Assembly: GCA_964016885.1 (NCBI GenBank) | Contig: CAXHJY010000264.1 | Coordinates: 434,001 to 498,000 of the forward strand | Reading direction: 5' to 3' | Length of the DNA: 64,000 nucleotides | From: Eledone cirrhosa | Taxonomy: Eukaryota | Shown: positions 14,469 to 29,035 of the stretch, piece after piece | Layout of the letters: each line of letters begins with the position of its first letter | How positions within the stretch are numbered: the first letter of the stretch is position 1 | The notes under the pieces: generated by a model | Databases searched by the model: none | Told to the model about the DNA's origin: nothing | The model's input: only the letters and a program-made list of their open reading frames with translations | Program-made: the position numbers and the translations under genes

Positions 14469-17400
14469 ACACGTGTGCATGTGTATGGAAGGGGTACATC
14501 AGGTGTAGTTTTGGCGTATTTTGGGAAGCATGAGTGTCTTAAAGGATGCAGTGTCTCGGCAGCTAACAATTGACGCAGGCAGTTTGTTCCATGCTTCAGC
14601 AACTCTGAGCGTGAAAAAATGTCTGCGAAAGTCATGGGAGCTGTGCTGTTTTCTTATCTTGTAGGCATGTCCACGTGTGTTAGACACATGGAGATCAAAG
14701 AGGCGCTCAGGGCTGCAGTTGGCGAGATGGTTAAAAACTTTGTGGGTATTCACCAAGTCCATTGCCAGACGTCGAAGCTTCAATGAATCCATGCCCAGGG
14801 AAGCAAGGCGTTCAGAGTATGGTAGGTGACTGATGGAGAGTTTGCGCTCGGTTGCACGTCTCTATACCTAGTTTCTCTCTCAGTCCATCCATACACATCA
14901 CATGTCTATACCAACAGTCTCCTCTCCTACACACTACATCTGATTTCTCTTATACTTAGTTTCTTTCCCAGTTCATCCATACACATCACATGTCTATACC
15001 AACAGTCTCCTCTCCTACACACTACATCTGATACCTCTTATACCTAGTTTCTCTCTCCATCCATACACATCACATGTCTATACCAACGCATTCTCCTCTC
15101 CTACACACTACATCTGATTCCTCTTATACCTAGTCTCTCTCTCAGTTCATCCATACACATCACATGTCTATACCAACACAGTCTCCTCTCCTACATCTCA
15201 TTCCTATTATACCTAGTTTCTCTCTCAGTCCATCCATACACATCACATGTCTATACCAGCAGTCTCCTCTCCTACACACTACATATGATTCCTCTTATAC
15301 CTAGTTTCTCTCTCCATCCATACACATCACATGTCTATACCAACACAGTCTCCTCTCCTACACACTACATCTGATTCCTCTTATACCTAGTTTCTCTCTC
15401 AGTTCATCCATAAACATCACATGTCTATACCAACATAGTCTCCTCTCCTACACTCTACATCTGATTCCTCTTATACATAGTTTCACTCTCAGTCCATGCA
15501 TACACATCACATGTCTATACCAACAAAGTCTCCTCTCCTACACACTACATCTTAGTCCTCTTATACCTATTTTCTCTCTCAGTCCATCCATACACATCAC
15601 ATGTCTATACCAACACAGTCTCCTCTCCTACACACTACATCTGATTCCTCTTATACCTAGTTTCTCTCTCAGTCCATCCATACACATCACATGTCTATAC
15701 CAACACAGTCTCCTCTATCTGATTCCTCTTATACCTAGTTTCTCTCTCAGTTCATTCATACACATCACATGTCTATACCAACACAGTTTCCTCTCCTACA
15801 CACTACATCTGATTTCTCTTATACTTAGTTTCTCTCCCAATTCATCAATACACATCACATGTCTATACCAACACAGTCTCCTCTCCTACACACTACATCT
15901 GATTCCTCTTATACCTAGTTTCTCTCTCAGTTCATCCATACACATCACATGTCTATAGCAACATAGTCTCCTCTCCTACACACTACATCTGATTCCTCTT
16001 ATACCTAGTTTCTCTCCCAATTCATCCATACACATCACATGTCTATACCAATACAGTCTCCTCTCCTACACACTACATCTGATTCCTCTTATACCTAGTT
16101 TCTCTCTCAGTTCATCCATAAACATCACATGTCTATACCAACATAGTCTCCTCTCCTACACTCTACATCTGATTCCTCTTATACCTAGTTTCTCTCTCAG
16201 TCCATCCATACACATCACATGTCTATACCAACACAGTCTCCTCTCCTACATCTGATTCCTCTTATACCTAGTTTCTCTCTCAGTTCATTCATACACATCA
16301 CATGTCTATACCAACACAGTTTCCTCTCCTACACACTACATCTGATTTCTCTTATACTTAGTTTCTCTCCCAATTCATCCATACACATCACATGTCTATA
16401 CCAACACAGTCTCCTCTCCTACACACTACATCTGATTCCTCTTATACCTAGTTTCTCTCTCAGTTCATCCATACACATCACATGTCTATAGCAACATAGT
16501 CTCCTCTCCTACACACTACATCTGATTCCTCTTATACCTAGTTTCTCTCCCAATTCATCCATACACATCACATGTCTATACCAACACAGTCTCCTCTCCT
16601 ACACACTACATCTGATTCCTCTTATACCTAGTTTCTCTCTCAGTTCATCCATAAACATCACATGACTATACCAACATAGTCTCCTCTCCTACACTCTACA
16701 TCTGATTCCTCTTATACATAGTTTCACTCTCAGTCCATGCATACACATCACATGTCTATACCAACAAAGTCTCCTCTCCTACACACTACATCTGATGCCT
16801 CTTATACCTATTTTCTCTCTCAGTCCATCCATACACATCACATGTCTATACAAACACAGTCTCCTCTCCTACACACTACATCTGATTCCTTTTATACCTA
16901 GTTTCTCCCAGTTCATCCATACACATCACATGTCTATACCAACAGTCTCCTCTCCTACACACTACATCTGATACCTCTTATACCTAGTTTCTCTCTCAGT
17001 TCATCCATACACATCACATGTCTATACCAACGCAGTCTCCTCTCCTACACACTACATCTGATTCCTCTTATACCTAGTTTCTCTCTCAGTTCATCCATAC
17101 ACATCACATGTCTATACCAACACAGTCTCCTCTCCTACACACTACATCTGATTCCTTTTATACCTAGTTTCTCTCAGTTCATCCATACACATCACATGAC
17201 TATACCAACAGTCTCCTCTCATACACACTACATCTGATTCCTCTTATACCTAGTCTCTCTCTCAGTTCATTCATACACATCACATGTCTATAGCAACACA
17301 GTCTTCTCTCCTACTAACTACATCTGATTCCTCTTATACCTAGTTTCTCTCTCAGTTCATCCATACACATCATATGTCTATACCAACACAGTCTCCTCTG

Positions 17401-17687
17401 CTACACACTACATCTGATTCCTCTTATACCTAGTTTCTCTCTCCATCCATACACATCACATGTCTATACCAACACAGTCTTCTCTCCTACACACTACATC
17501 TGATTCCTCTTATACCTAGTCTCTCTCTCAGTCCATCCATACACATCACATGTCTATATCAACGCAGTCTCCTCTCCTACACATTACATCTGATTCCTCT
17601 TATACCTAGTTTCTCTCTTAGTTCATTCATACACATCACATGTCTATACCAACACAGTCTCCTCTCCTACATCTGATTCCTCTTATA

Positions 17688-18333
17688 ATAATAATAATAA
17701 TGAAATTATTGTGTACAGTGCTCAGGTGCACTACAACTCATCAAAGGTGCATGTATAGTACATAGAATAATGTACAAATGTCAGGAAAATAAACAGTGTA
17801 TGAGTCATGATATAATAACAATAACGAAATATTGTGCACAGTGCCCAGGTGCACCACAACTCATCAAAAAAGTGCATGTACAGTACATAGGGCAATGCAC
17901 AAACATCAGTAAAATGAACAGTGCACGAGTCATGATACACACGTGTGCATGTGTATGGAAGGGGTACATCAGGTGTAGTTTTGGCGTATTTTGGGAAGCA
18001 TGAGTGTCTTAAAGGATGCAGTGTCTCGGCAGCTAACAATTGACGCAGGCAGTTTGTTCCATGCTTCAGCAACTCTGAGCGTGAAAAAATGTCTGCGAAA
18101 GTCATGGGAGCTGTGCTGTTTTCTTATCTTGTAGGCATGTCCACGTGTGTTAGACACATGGAGATCAAAGAGGCGCTCAGGGCTGCAGTTGGCGAGATGG
18201 TTAAAAACTTTGTGGGTATTCACCAAGTCCATTGCCAGACGTCGAAGCTTCAATGAATCCATGCCCAGGGAAGCAAGGCGTTCAGAGTATGGTAGGTGAC
18301 TGATGGAGAGTATGCGCTTGGTTGCACGTCTCT
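17688..18333 (-). mobile_element. CR1-clade LINE 3' fragment, copy 2
   Basis: Same 646-bp sequence and both junctions (CTCTTATA|ATAATA... and ...CGTCTCT|ATACCTAG) as copy 1. Confidence 0.95.
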
Positions 18334-21300
18334 ATACCTAGTTTCTCTCTCAGTCCATCCATACACATCACATGTCTATACCAACAGTCTCCTCTCCTAC
18401 ACACTACATCTGATTTCTCTTATACTTAGTTTCTTTCCCAGTTCATCCATACACATCACATGTCTATACCAACAGTCTCCTCTCCTACACACTACATCTG
18501 ATACCTCTTATACCTAGTTTCTCTCTCCATCCATACACATCACATGTCTATACCAACGCATTCTCCTCTCCTACACACTACATCTGATTCCTCTTATACC
18601 TAGTCTCTCTCTCAGTTCATCCATACACATCACATGTCTATACCAACACAGTCTCCTCTCCTACATCTCATTCCTCTTATACCTAGTTTCTCTCTCAGTC
18701 CATCCATACACATCACATGTCTATACCAGCAGTCTCCTCTCCTACACACTACATCTGATACCTCTTATACCTAGTTTCTCTCTCCATCCATACACATCAC
18801 ATGTCTATACCAACGCATTCTCCTCTCCTACACACTACATCTGATTCCTCTTATACCTAGTCTCTCTCTCAGTTCATCCATACACATCACATGTCTATAC
18901 CAACACAGTCTCCTCTCCTACATCTCATTCCTCTTATACCTAGTTTCTCTCTCAGTCCATCCATACACATCACATGTCTATACCAGCAGTCTCCTCTCCT
19001 ACACACTACATATGATTCCTCTTATACCTAGTTTCTCTCTCCATCCATACACATCACATGTCTATACCAACACAGTCTCCTCTCCTACACACTACATCTG
19101 ATTCCTCTTATACCTAGTTTCTCTCTCAGTTCATCCATAAACATCACATGTCTATACCAACATAGTCTCCTCTCCTACACTCTACATCTGATTCCTCTTA
19201 TACATAGTTTCACTCTCAGTCCATGCATACACATCACATGTCTATACCAACAAAGTCTCCTCTCCTACACACTACATCTTAGTCCTCTTATACCTATTTT
19301 CTCTCTCAGTCCATCCATACACATCACATGTCTATACCAACACAGTCTCCTCTCCTACACACTACATCTGATTCCTCTTATACCTAGTTTCTCTCTCAGT
19401 CCATCCATACACATCACATGTCTATACCAACACAGTCTCCTCTATCTGATTCCTCTTATACCTAGTTTCTCTCTCAGTTCATTCATACACATCACATGTC
19501 TATACCAACACAGTTTCCTCTCCTACACACTACATCTGATTTCTCTTATACTTAGTTTCTCTCCCAATTCATCAATACACATCACATGTCTATACCAACA
19601 CAGTCTCCTCTCCTACACACTACATCTGATTCCTCTTATACCTAGTTTCTCTCTCAGTTCATCCATACACATCACATGTCTATAGCAACATAGTCTCCTC
19701 TCCTACACACTACATCTGATTCCTCTTATACCTAGTTTCTCTCCCAATTCATCCATACACATCACATGTCTATACCAATACAGTCTCCTCTCCTACACAC
19801 TACATCTGATTCCTCTTATACCTAGTTTCTCTCTCAGTTCATCCATAAACATCACATGTCTATACCAACATAGTCTCCTCTCCTACACTCTACATCTGAT
19901 TCCTCTTATACCTAGTTTCTCTCTCAGTCCATCCATACACATCACATGTCTATACCAACACAGTCTCCTCTCCTACACACTACATCTGATTTCTCTTATA
20001 CTTAGTTTCTTTCCCAGTTCATCCATACACATCACATGTCTATACCAACAGTCTCCTCTCTTACACACTACATCTGATACCTCTTATACCTAGTTTCTCT
20101 CTCCATCCATACACATCACATGTCTATACCAACGCATTCTCCTCTCCTACACACTACATCTGATTCCTCTTATACCTAGTCTCTCTCTCAGTTCATCCAT
20201 ACACATCACATGTCTATACCAACACAGTCTCCTCTCCTACATCTCATTCCTCTTATACCTAGTTTCTCTCTCAGTCCATCCATACACATCACATGTCTAT
20301 ACAAACACAGTCTCCTCTCCTACACACTACATCTGATTCCTTTTATACCTAGTTTCTCCCAGTTCATCCATACACATCACATGTCTATACCAACAGTCTC
20401 CTCTCCTACACACTACATCTGATACCTCTTATACCTAGTTTCTCTCTCAGTTCATCCATACACATCACATGTCTATACCAACGCAGTCTCCTCTCCTACA
20501 CACTACATCTGATTCCTCTTATACCTAGTTTCTCTCTCAGTTCATCCATACACATCACATGTCTATACCAACACAGTCTCCTCTCCTACACACTACATCT
20601 GATTCCTTTTATACCTAGTTTCTCTCAGTTCATCCATACACATCACATGACTATACCAACAGTCTCCTCTCATACACACTACATCTGATTCCTCTTATAC
20701 CTAGTCTCTCTCTCAGTTCATCCATACACATCACATGTCTATAGCAACACAGTCTTCTCTCCTACTAACTACATCTGATTCCTCTTATACCTAGTTTCTC
20801 TCTCAGTTCATCCATACACATCATATGTCTATACCAACACAGTCTCCTCTGCTACACACTACATCTGATTCCTCTTATACCTAGTTTCTCTCTCCATCCA
20901 TACACATCACATGTCTATACCAACACAGTCTTCTCTCCTACACACTACATCTGATTCCTCTTATACCTAGTCTCTCTCTCAGTTCATCCATACACATCAC
21001 ATGTCTATACCAACACAGTCTCCTCTCCTACATCTCATTCCTCTTATACCTAGTTTCTCTCTCAGTCCATCCATACACATCACATGTCTATACCAGCAGT
21101 CTCCTCTCCTACACACTACATATGATTCCTCTTATACCTAGTTTCTCTCTCCATCCATACACATCACATGTCTATACCAACACAGTCTCCTCTCCTACAC
21201 ACTACATCTGATTCCTCTTATACCTAGTTTCTCTCTCAGTTCATCCATAAACATCACATGTCTATACCAACATAGTCTCCTCTCCTACACTCTACATCTG

Positions 21301-23522
21301 ATTCCTCTTATACATAGTTTCACTCTCAGTCCATGCATACACATCACATGTCTATACCAACAAAGTCTCCTCTCCTACACACTACATCTTAGTCCTCTTA
21401 TACCTATTTTCTCTCTCAGTCCATCCATACACATCACATGTCTATACCAACACAGTCTCCTCTCCTACACACTACATCTGATTCCTCTTATACCTAGTTT
21501 CTCTCTCAGTCCATCCATACACATCACATGTCTATACCAACACAGTCTCCTCTATCTGATTCCTCTTATACCTAGTTTCTCTCTCAGTTCATTCATACAC
21601 ATCACATGTCTATACCAACAGTTTCCTCTCCTACACACTACATCTGATTTCTCTTATACTTAGTTTCTCTCCCAATTCATCAATACACATCACATGTCTA
21701 TACCAACACAGTCTCCTCTCCTACACACTACATCTGATTCCTCTTATACCTAGTTTCTCTCTCAGTTCATCCATACACATCACATGTCTATAGCAACATA
21801 GTCTCCTCTCCTACACACTACATCTGATTCCTCTTATACCTAGTTTCTCTCCCAATTCATCCATACACATCACATGTCTATACCAATACAGTCTCCTCTC
21901 CTACACACTACATCTGATTCCTCTTATACCTAGTTTCTCTCTCAGTTCATCCATAAACATCACATGTCTATACCAACATAGTCTCCTCTCCTACACTCTA
22001 CATCTGATTCCTCTTATACCTAGTTTCTCTCTCAGTCCATCCATACACATCACATGTCTATACCAACACAGTCTCCTCTCCTACATCTGATTCCTCTTAT
22101 ACCTAGTTTCTCTCTCAGTTCATTCATACACATCACATGTCTATACCAACACAGTTTCCTCTCCTACACACTACATCTGATTTCTCTTATACTTAGTTTC
22201 TCTCCCAATTCATCCATACACATCACATGTCTATACCAACACAGTCTCCTCTCCTACACACTACATCTGATTCCTCTTATACCTAGTTTCTCTCTCAGTT
22301 CATCCATACACATCACATGTCTATAGCAACATAGTCTCCTCTCCTACACACTACATCTGATTCCTCTTATACCTAGTTTCTCTCCCAATTCATCCATACA
22401 CATCACATGTCTATACCAACACAGTCTCCTCTCCTACACACTACATCTGATTCCTCTTATACCTAGTTTCTCTCTCAGTTCATCCATAAACATCACATGA
22501 CTATACCAACATAGTCTCCTCTCCTACACTCTACATCTGATTCCTCTTATACATAGTTTCACTCTCAGTCCATGCATACACATCACATGTCTATACCAAC
22601 AAAGTCTCCTCTCCTACACACTACATCTGATGCCTCTTATACCTATTTTCTCTCTCAGTCCATCCATACACATCACATGTCTATACAAACACAGTCTCCT
22701 CTCCTACACACTACATCTGATTCCTTTTATACCTAGTTTCTCCCAGTTCATCCATACACATCACATGTCTATACCAACAGTCTCCTCTCCTACACACTAC
22801 ATCTGATACCTCTTATACCTAGTTTCTCTCTCAGTTCATCCATACACATCACATGTCTATACCAACGCAGTCTCCTCTCCTACACACTACATCTGATTCC
22901 TCTTATACCTAGTTTCTCTCTCAGTTCATCCATACACATCACATGTCTATACCAACACAGTCTCCTCTCCTACACACTACATCTGATTCCTTTTATACCT
23001 AGTTTCTCTCAGTTCATCCATACACATCACATGACTATACCAACAGTCTCCTCTCATACACACTACATCTGATTCCTCTTATACCTAGTCTCTCTCTCAG
23101 TTCATTCATACACATCACATGTCTATAGCAACACAGTCTTCTCTCCTACTAACTACATCTGATTCCTCTTATACCTAGTTTCTCTCTCAGTTCATCCATA
23201 CACATCATATGTCTATACCAACACAGTCTCCTCTGCTACACACTACATCTGATTCCTCTTATACCTAGTTTCTCTCTCCATCCATACACATCACATGTCT
23301 ATACCAACACAGTCTTCTCTCCTACACACTACATCTGATTCCTCTTATACCTAGTCTCTCTCTCAGTCCATCCATACACATCACATGTCTATATCAACGC
23401 AGTCTCCTCTCCTACACATTACATCTGATTCCTCTTATACCTAGTTTCTCTCTTAGTTCATTCATACACATCACATGTCTATACCAACACAGTCTCCTCT
23501 CCTACATCTGATTCCTCTTATA

Positions 23523-24168
23523 ATAATAATAATAATGAAATTATTGTGTACAGTGCTCAGGTGCACTACAACTCATCAAAGGTGCATGTATAGTACATAG
23601 AATAATGTACAAATGTCAGGAAAATAAACAGTGTATGAGTCATGATATAATAACAATAACGAAATATTGTGCACAGTGCCCAGGTGCACCACAACTCATC
23701 AAAAAAGTGCATGTACAGTACATAGGGCAATGCACAAACATCAGTAAAATGAACAGTGCACGAGTCATGATACACACGTGTGCATGTGTATGGAAGGGGT
23801 ACATCAGGTGTAGTTTTGGCGTATTTTGGGAAGCATGAGTGTCTTAAAGGATGCAGTGTCTCGGCAGCTAACAATTGACGCAGGCAGTTTGTTCCATGCT
23901 TCAGCAACTCTGAGCGTGAAAAAATGTCTGCGAAAGTCATGGGAGCTGTGCTGTTTTCTTATCTTGTAGGCATGTCCACGTGTGTTAGACACATGGAGAT
24001 CAAAGAGGCGCTCAGGGCTGCAGTTGGCGAGATGGTTAAAAACTTTGTGGGTATTCACCAAGTCCATTGCCAGACGTCGAAGCTTCAATGAATCCATGCC
24101 CAGGGAAGCAAGGCGTTCAGAGTATGGTAGGTGACTGATGGAGAGTATGCGCTTGGTTGCACGTCTCT
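23523..24168 (-). mobile_element. CR1-clade LINE 3' fragment, copy 3
   Basis: Same 646-bp sequence and junctions. Confidence 0.95.
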
Positions 24169-27100
24169 ATACCTAGTTTCTCTCTCAGTCCATCCATACA
24201 CATCACATGTCTATACCAACAGTCTCCTCTCCTACACACTACATCTGATTTCTCTTATACTTAGTTTCTTTCCCAGTTCATCCATACACATCACATGTCT
24301 ATACCAACAGTCTCCTCTCCTACACACTACATCTGATACCTCTTATACCTAGTTTCTCTCTCCATCCATACACATCACATGTCTATACCAACGCATTCTC
24401 CTCTCCTACACACTACATCTGATTCCTCTTATACCTAGTCTCTCTCTCAGTTCATCCATACACATCACATGTCTATACCAACACAGTCTCCTCTCCTACA
24501 TCTCATTCCTCTTATACCTAGTTTCTCTCTCAGTCCATCCATACACATCACATGTCTATACCAGCAGTCTCCTCTCCTACACACTACATATGATTCCTCT
24601 TATACCTAGTTTCTCTCTCCATCCATACACATCACATGTCTATACCAACACAGTCTCCTCTCCTACACACTACATCTGATTCCTCTTATACCTAGTTTCT
24701 CTCTCAGTTCATCCATAAACATCACATGTCTATACCAACATAGTCTCCTCTCCTACACTCTACATCTGATTCCTCTTATACATAGTTTCACTCTCAGTCC
24801 ATGCATACACATCACATGTCTATACCAACAAAGTCTCCTCTCCTACACACTACATCTTAGTCCTCTTATACCTATTTTCTCTCTCAGTCCATCCATACAC
24901 ATCACATGTCTATACCAACACAGTCTCCTCTCCTACACACTACATCTGATTCCTCTTATACCTAGTTTCTCTCTCAGTCCATCCATACACATCACATGTC
25001 TATACCAACACAGTCTCCTCTATCTGATTCCTCTTATACCTAGTTTCTCTCTCAGTTCATTCATACACATCACATGTCTATACCAACACAGTTTCCTCTC
25101 CTACACACTACATCTGATTTCTCTTATACTTAGTTTCTCTCCCAATTCATCAATACACATCACATGTCTATACCAACACAGTCTCCTCTCCTACACACTA
25201 CATCTGATTCCTCTTATACCTAGTTTCTCTCTCAGTTCATCCATACACATCACATGTCTATAGCAACATAGTCTCCTCTCCTACACACTACATCTTAGTC
25301 CTCTTATACCTATTTTCTCTCTCAGTCCATCCATACACATCACATGTCTATACCAACACAGTCTCCTCTCCTACACACTACATCTGATTCCTCTTATACC
25401 TAGTTTCTCTCTCAGTCCATCCATACACATCACATGTCTATACCAACACAGTCTCCTCTATCTGATTCCTCTTATACCTAGTTTCTCTCTCAGTTCATTC
25501 ATACACATCACATGTCTATACCAACACAGTTTCCTCTCCTACACACTACATCTGATTTCTCTTATACTTAGTTTCTCTCCCAATTCATCAATACACATCA
25601 CATGTCTATACCAACACAGTCTCCTCTCCTACACACTACATCTGATTCCTCTTATACCTAGTTTCTCTCTCAGTTCATCCATACACATCACATGTCTATA
25701 GCAACATAGTCTCCTCTCCTACACACTACATCTGATTCCTCTTATACCTAGTTTCTCTCTCCATCCATACACATCACATGTCTATACCAACACAGTCTTC
25801 TCTCCTACACACTACATCTGATTCCTCTTATACCTAGTCTCTCTCTCAGTTCATCCATACACATCACATGTCTATACCAACACAGTCTCCTCTCCTACAT
25901 CTCATTCCTCTTATACCTAGTTTCTCTCTCAGTCCATCCATACACATCACATGTCTATACCAGCAGTCTCCTCTCCTACACACTACATATGATTCCTCTT
26001 ATACCTAGTTTCTCTCTCCATCCATACACATCACATGTCTATACCAACACAGTCTCCTCTCCTACACACTACATCTGATTCCTCTTATACCTAGTTTCTC
26101 TCTCAGTTCATCCATAAACATCACATGTCTATACCAACATAGTCTCCTCTCCTACACTCTACATCTGATTCCTCTTATACATAGTTTCACTCTCAGTCCA
26201 TGCATACACATCACATGTCTATACCAACAAAGTCTCCTCTCCTACACACTACATCTTAGTCCTCTTATACCTATTTTCTCTCTCAGTCCATCCATACACA
26301 TCACATGTCTATACCAACACAGTCTCCTCTCCTACACACTACATCTGATTCCTCTTATACCTAGTTTCTCTCTCAGTCCATCCATACACATCACATGTCT
26401 ATACCAACACAGTCTCCTCTATCTGATTCCTCTTATACCTAGTTTCTCTCTCAGTTCATTCATACACATCACATGTCTATACCAACAGTTTCCTCTCCTA
26501 CACACTACATCTGATTTCTCTTATACTTAGTTTCTCTCCCAATTCATCAATACACATCACATGTCTATACCAACACAGTCTCCTCTCCTACACACTACAT
26601 CTGATTCCTCTTATACCTAGTTTCTCTCTCAGTTCATCCATACACATCACATGTCTATAGCAACATAGTCTCCTCTCCTACACACTACATCTGATTCCTC
26701 TTATACCTAGTTTCTCTCCCAATTCATCCATACACATCACATGTCTATACCAATACAGTCTCCTCTCCTACACACTACATCTGATTCCTCTTATACCTAG
26801 TTTCTCTCTCAGTTCATCCATAAACATCACATGTCTATACCAACATAGTCTCCTCTCCTACACTCTACATCTGATTCCTCTTATACCTAGTTTCTCTCTC
26901 AGTCCATCCATACACATCACATGTCTATACCAACACAGTCTCCTCTCCTACATCTGATTCCTCTTATACCTAGTTTCTCTCTCAGTTCATTCATACACAT
27001 CACATGTCTATACCAACACAGTTTCCTCTCCTACACACTACATCTGATTTCTCTTATACTTAGTTTCTCTCCCAATTCATCCATACACATCACATGTCTA

Positions 27101-28389
27101 TACCAACACAGTCTCCTCTCCTACACACTACATCTGATTCCTCTTATACCTAGTTTCTCTCTCAGTTCATCCATACACATCACATGTCTATAGCAACATA
27201 GTCTCCTCTCCTACACACTACATCTGATTCCTCTTATACCTAGTTTCTCTCCCAATTCATCCATACACATCACATGTCTATACCAACACAGTCTCCTCTC
27301 CTACACACTACATCTGATTCCTCTTATACCTAGTTTCTCTCTCAGTTCATCCATAAACATCACATGACTATACCAACATAGTCTCCTCTCCTACACTCTA
27401 CATCTGATTCCTCTTATACATAGTTTCACTCTCAGTCCATGCATACACATCACATGTCTATACCAACAAAGTCTCCTCTCCTACACACTACATCTGATGC
27501 CTCTTATACCTATTTTCTCTCTCAGTCCATCCATACACATCACATGTCTATACAAACACAGTCTCCTCTCCTACACACTACATCTGATTCCTTTTATACC
27601 TAGTTTCTCCCAGTTCATCCATACACATCACATGTCTATACCAACAGTCTCCTCTCCTACACACTACATCTGATACCTCTTATACCTAGTTTCTCTCTCA
27701 GTTCATCCATACACATCACATGTCTATACCAACGCAGTCTCCTCTCCTACACACTACATCTGATTCCTCTTATACCTAGTTTCTCTCTCAGTTCATCCAT
27801 ACACATCACATGTCTATACCAACACAGTCTCCTCTCCTACACACTACATCTGATTCCTTTTATACCTAGTTTCTCTCAGTTCATCCATACACATCACATG
27901 ACTATACCAACAGTCTCCTCTCATACACACTACATCTGATTCCTCTTATACCTAGTCTCTCTCTCAGTTCATTCATACACATCACATGTCTATAGCAACA
28001 CAGTCTTCTCTCCTACTAACTACATCTGATTCCTCTTATACCTAGTTTCTCTCTCAGTTCATCCATACACATCATATGTCTATACCAACACAGTCTCCTC
28101 TGCTACACACTACATCTGATTCCTCTTATACCTAGTTTCTCTCTCCATCCATACACATCACATGTCTATACCAACACAGTCTTCTCTCCTACACACTACA
28201 TCTGATTCCTCTTATACCTAGTCTCTCTCTCAGTCCATCCATACACATCACATGTCTATATCAACGCAGTCTCCTCTCCTACACATTACATCTGATTCCT
28301 CTTATACCTAGTTTCTCTCTTAGTTCATTCATACACATCACATGTCTATACCAACACAGTCTCCTCTCCTACATCTGATTCCTCTTATA

Positions 28390-29035
28390 ATAATAATAAT
28401 AATGAAATTATTGTGTACAGTGCTCAGGTGCACTACAACTCATCAAAGGTGCATGTATAGTACATAGAATAATGTACAAATGTCAGGAAAATAAACAGTG
28501 TATGAGTCATGATATAATAACAATAACGAAATATTGTGCACAGTGCCCAGGTGCACCACAACTCATCAAAAAAGTGCATGTACAGTACATAGGGCAATGC
28601 ACAAACATCAGTAAAATGAACAGTGCACGAGTCATGATACACACGTGTGCATGTGTATGGAAGGGGTACATCAGGTGTAGTTTTGGCGTATTTTGGGAAG
28701 CATGAGTGTCTTAAAGGATGCAGTGTCTCGGCAGCTAACAATTGACGCAGGCAGTTTGTTCCATGCTTCAGCAACTCTGAGCGTGAAAAAATGTCTGCGA
28801 AAGTCATGGGAGCTGTGCTGTTTTCTTATCTTGTAGGCATGTCCACGTGTGTTAGACACATGGAGATCAAAGAGGCGCTCAGGGCTGCAGTTGGCGAGAT
28901 GGTTAAAAACTTTGTGGGTATTCACCAAGTCCATTGCCAGACGTCGAAGCTTCAATGAATCCATGCCCAGGGAAGCAAGGCGTTCAGAGTATGGTAGGTG
29001 ACTGATGGAGAGTATGCGCTTGGTTGCACGTCTCT
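28390..29035 (-). mobile_element. CR1-clade LINE 3' fragment, copy 4
   Basis: Same 646-bp sequence and junctions. Confidence 0.95.

Larger units (their letters stand above)
14218..14863 (-). mobile_element. CR1-clade LINE 3' fragment (646 bp), co-amplified copy 1
   Basis: Encodes the ORF2 C-terminus (LPYSERL..LG..SL..RR...TRGH..KI...WNKLP), 3' UTR and an (ATA)n/(TAT)n tail. Nearly identical to the 3' end of the RT element at 50278-52497. Confidence 0.95.

Noticed and set aside
14499-14792. 97-aa ORF MDSLKLRR... as a multicopy small gene
   Set aside because: It is the C-terminal remnant of LINE ORF2 starting at an internal Met. It has no promoter and is damaged in copies 8 and 10.
14261-15047. 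Recurrent 124-aa, 77-aa and 73-aa ORFs at each LINE copy
   Set aside because: Alternative-frame, antisense or junction-spanning readings of the LINE end and UTR. They recur only because the DNA is duplicated, and some copies disrupt them.
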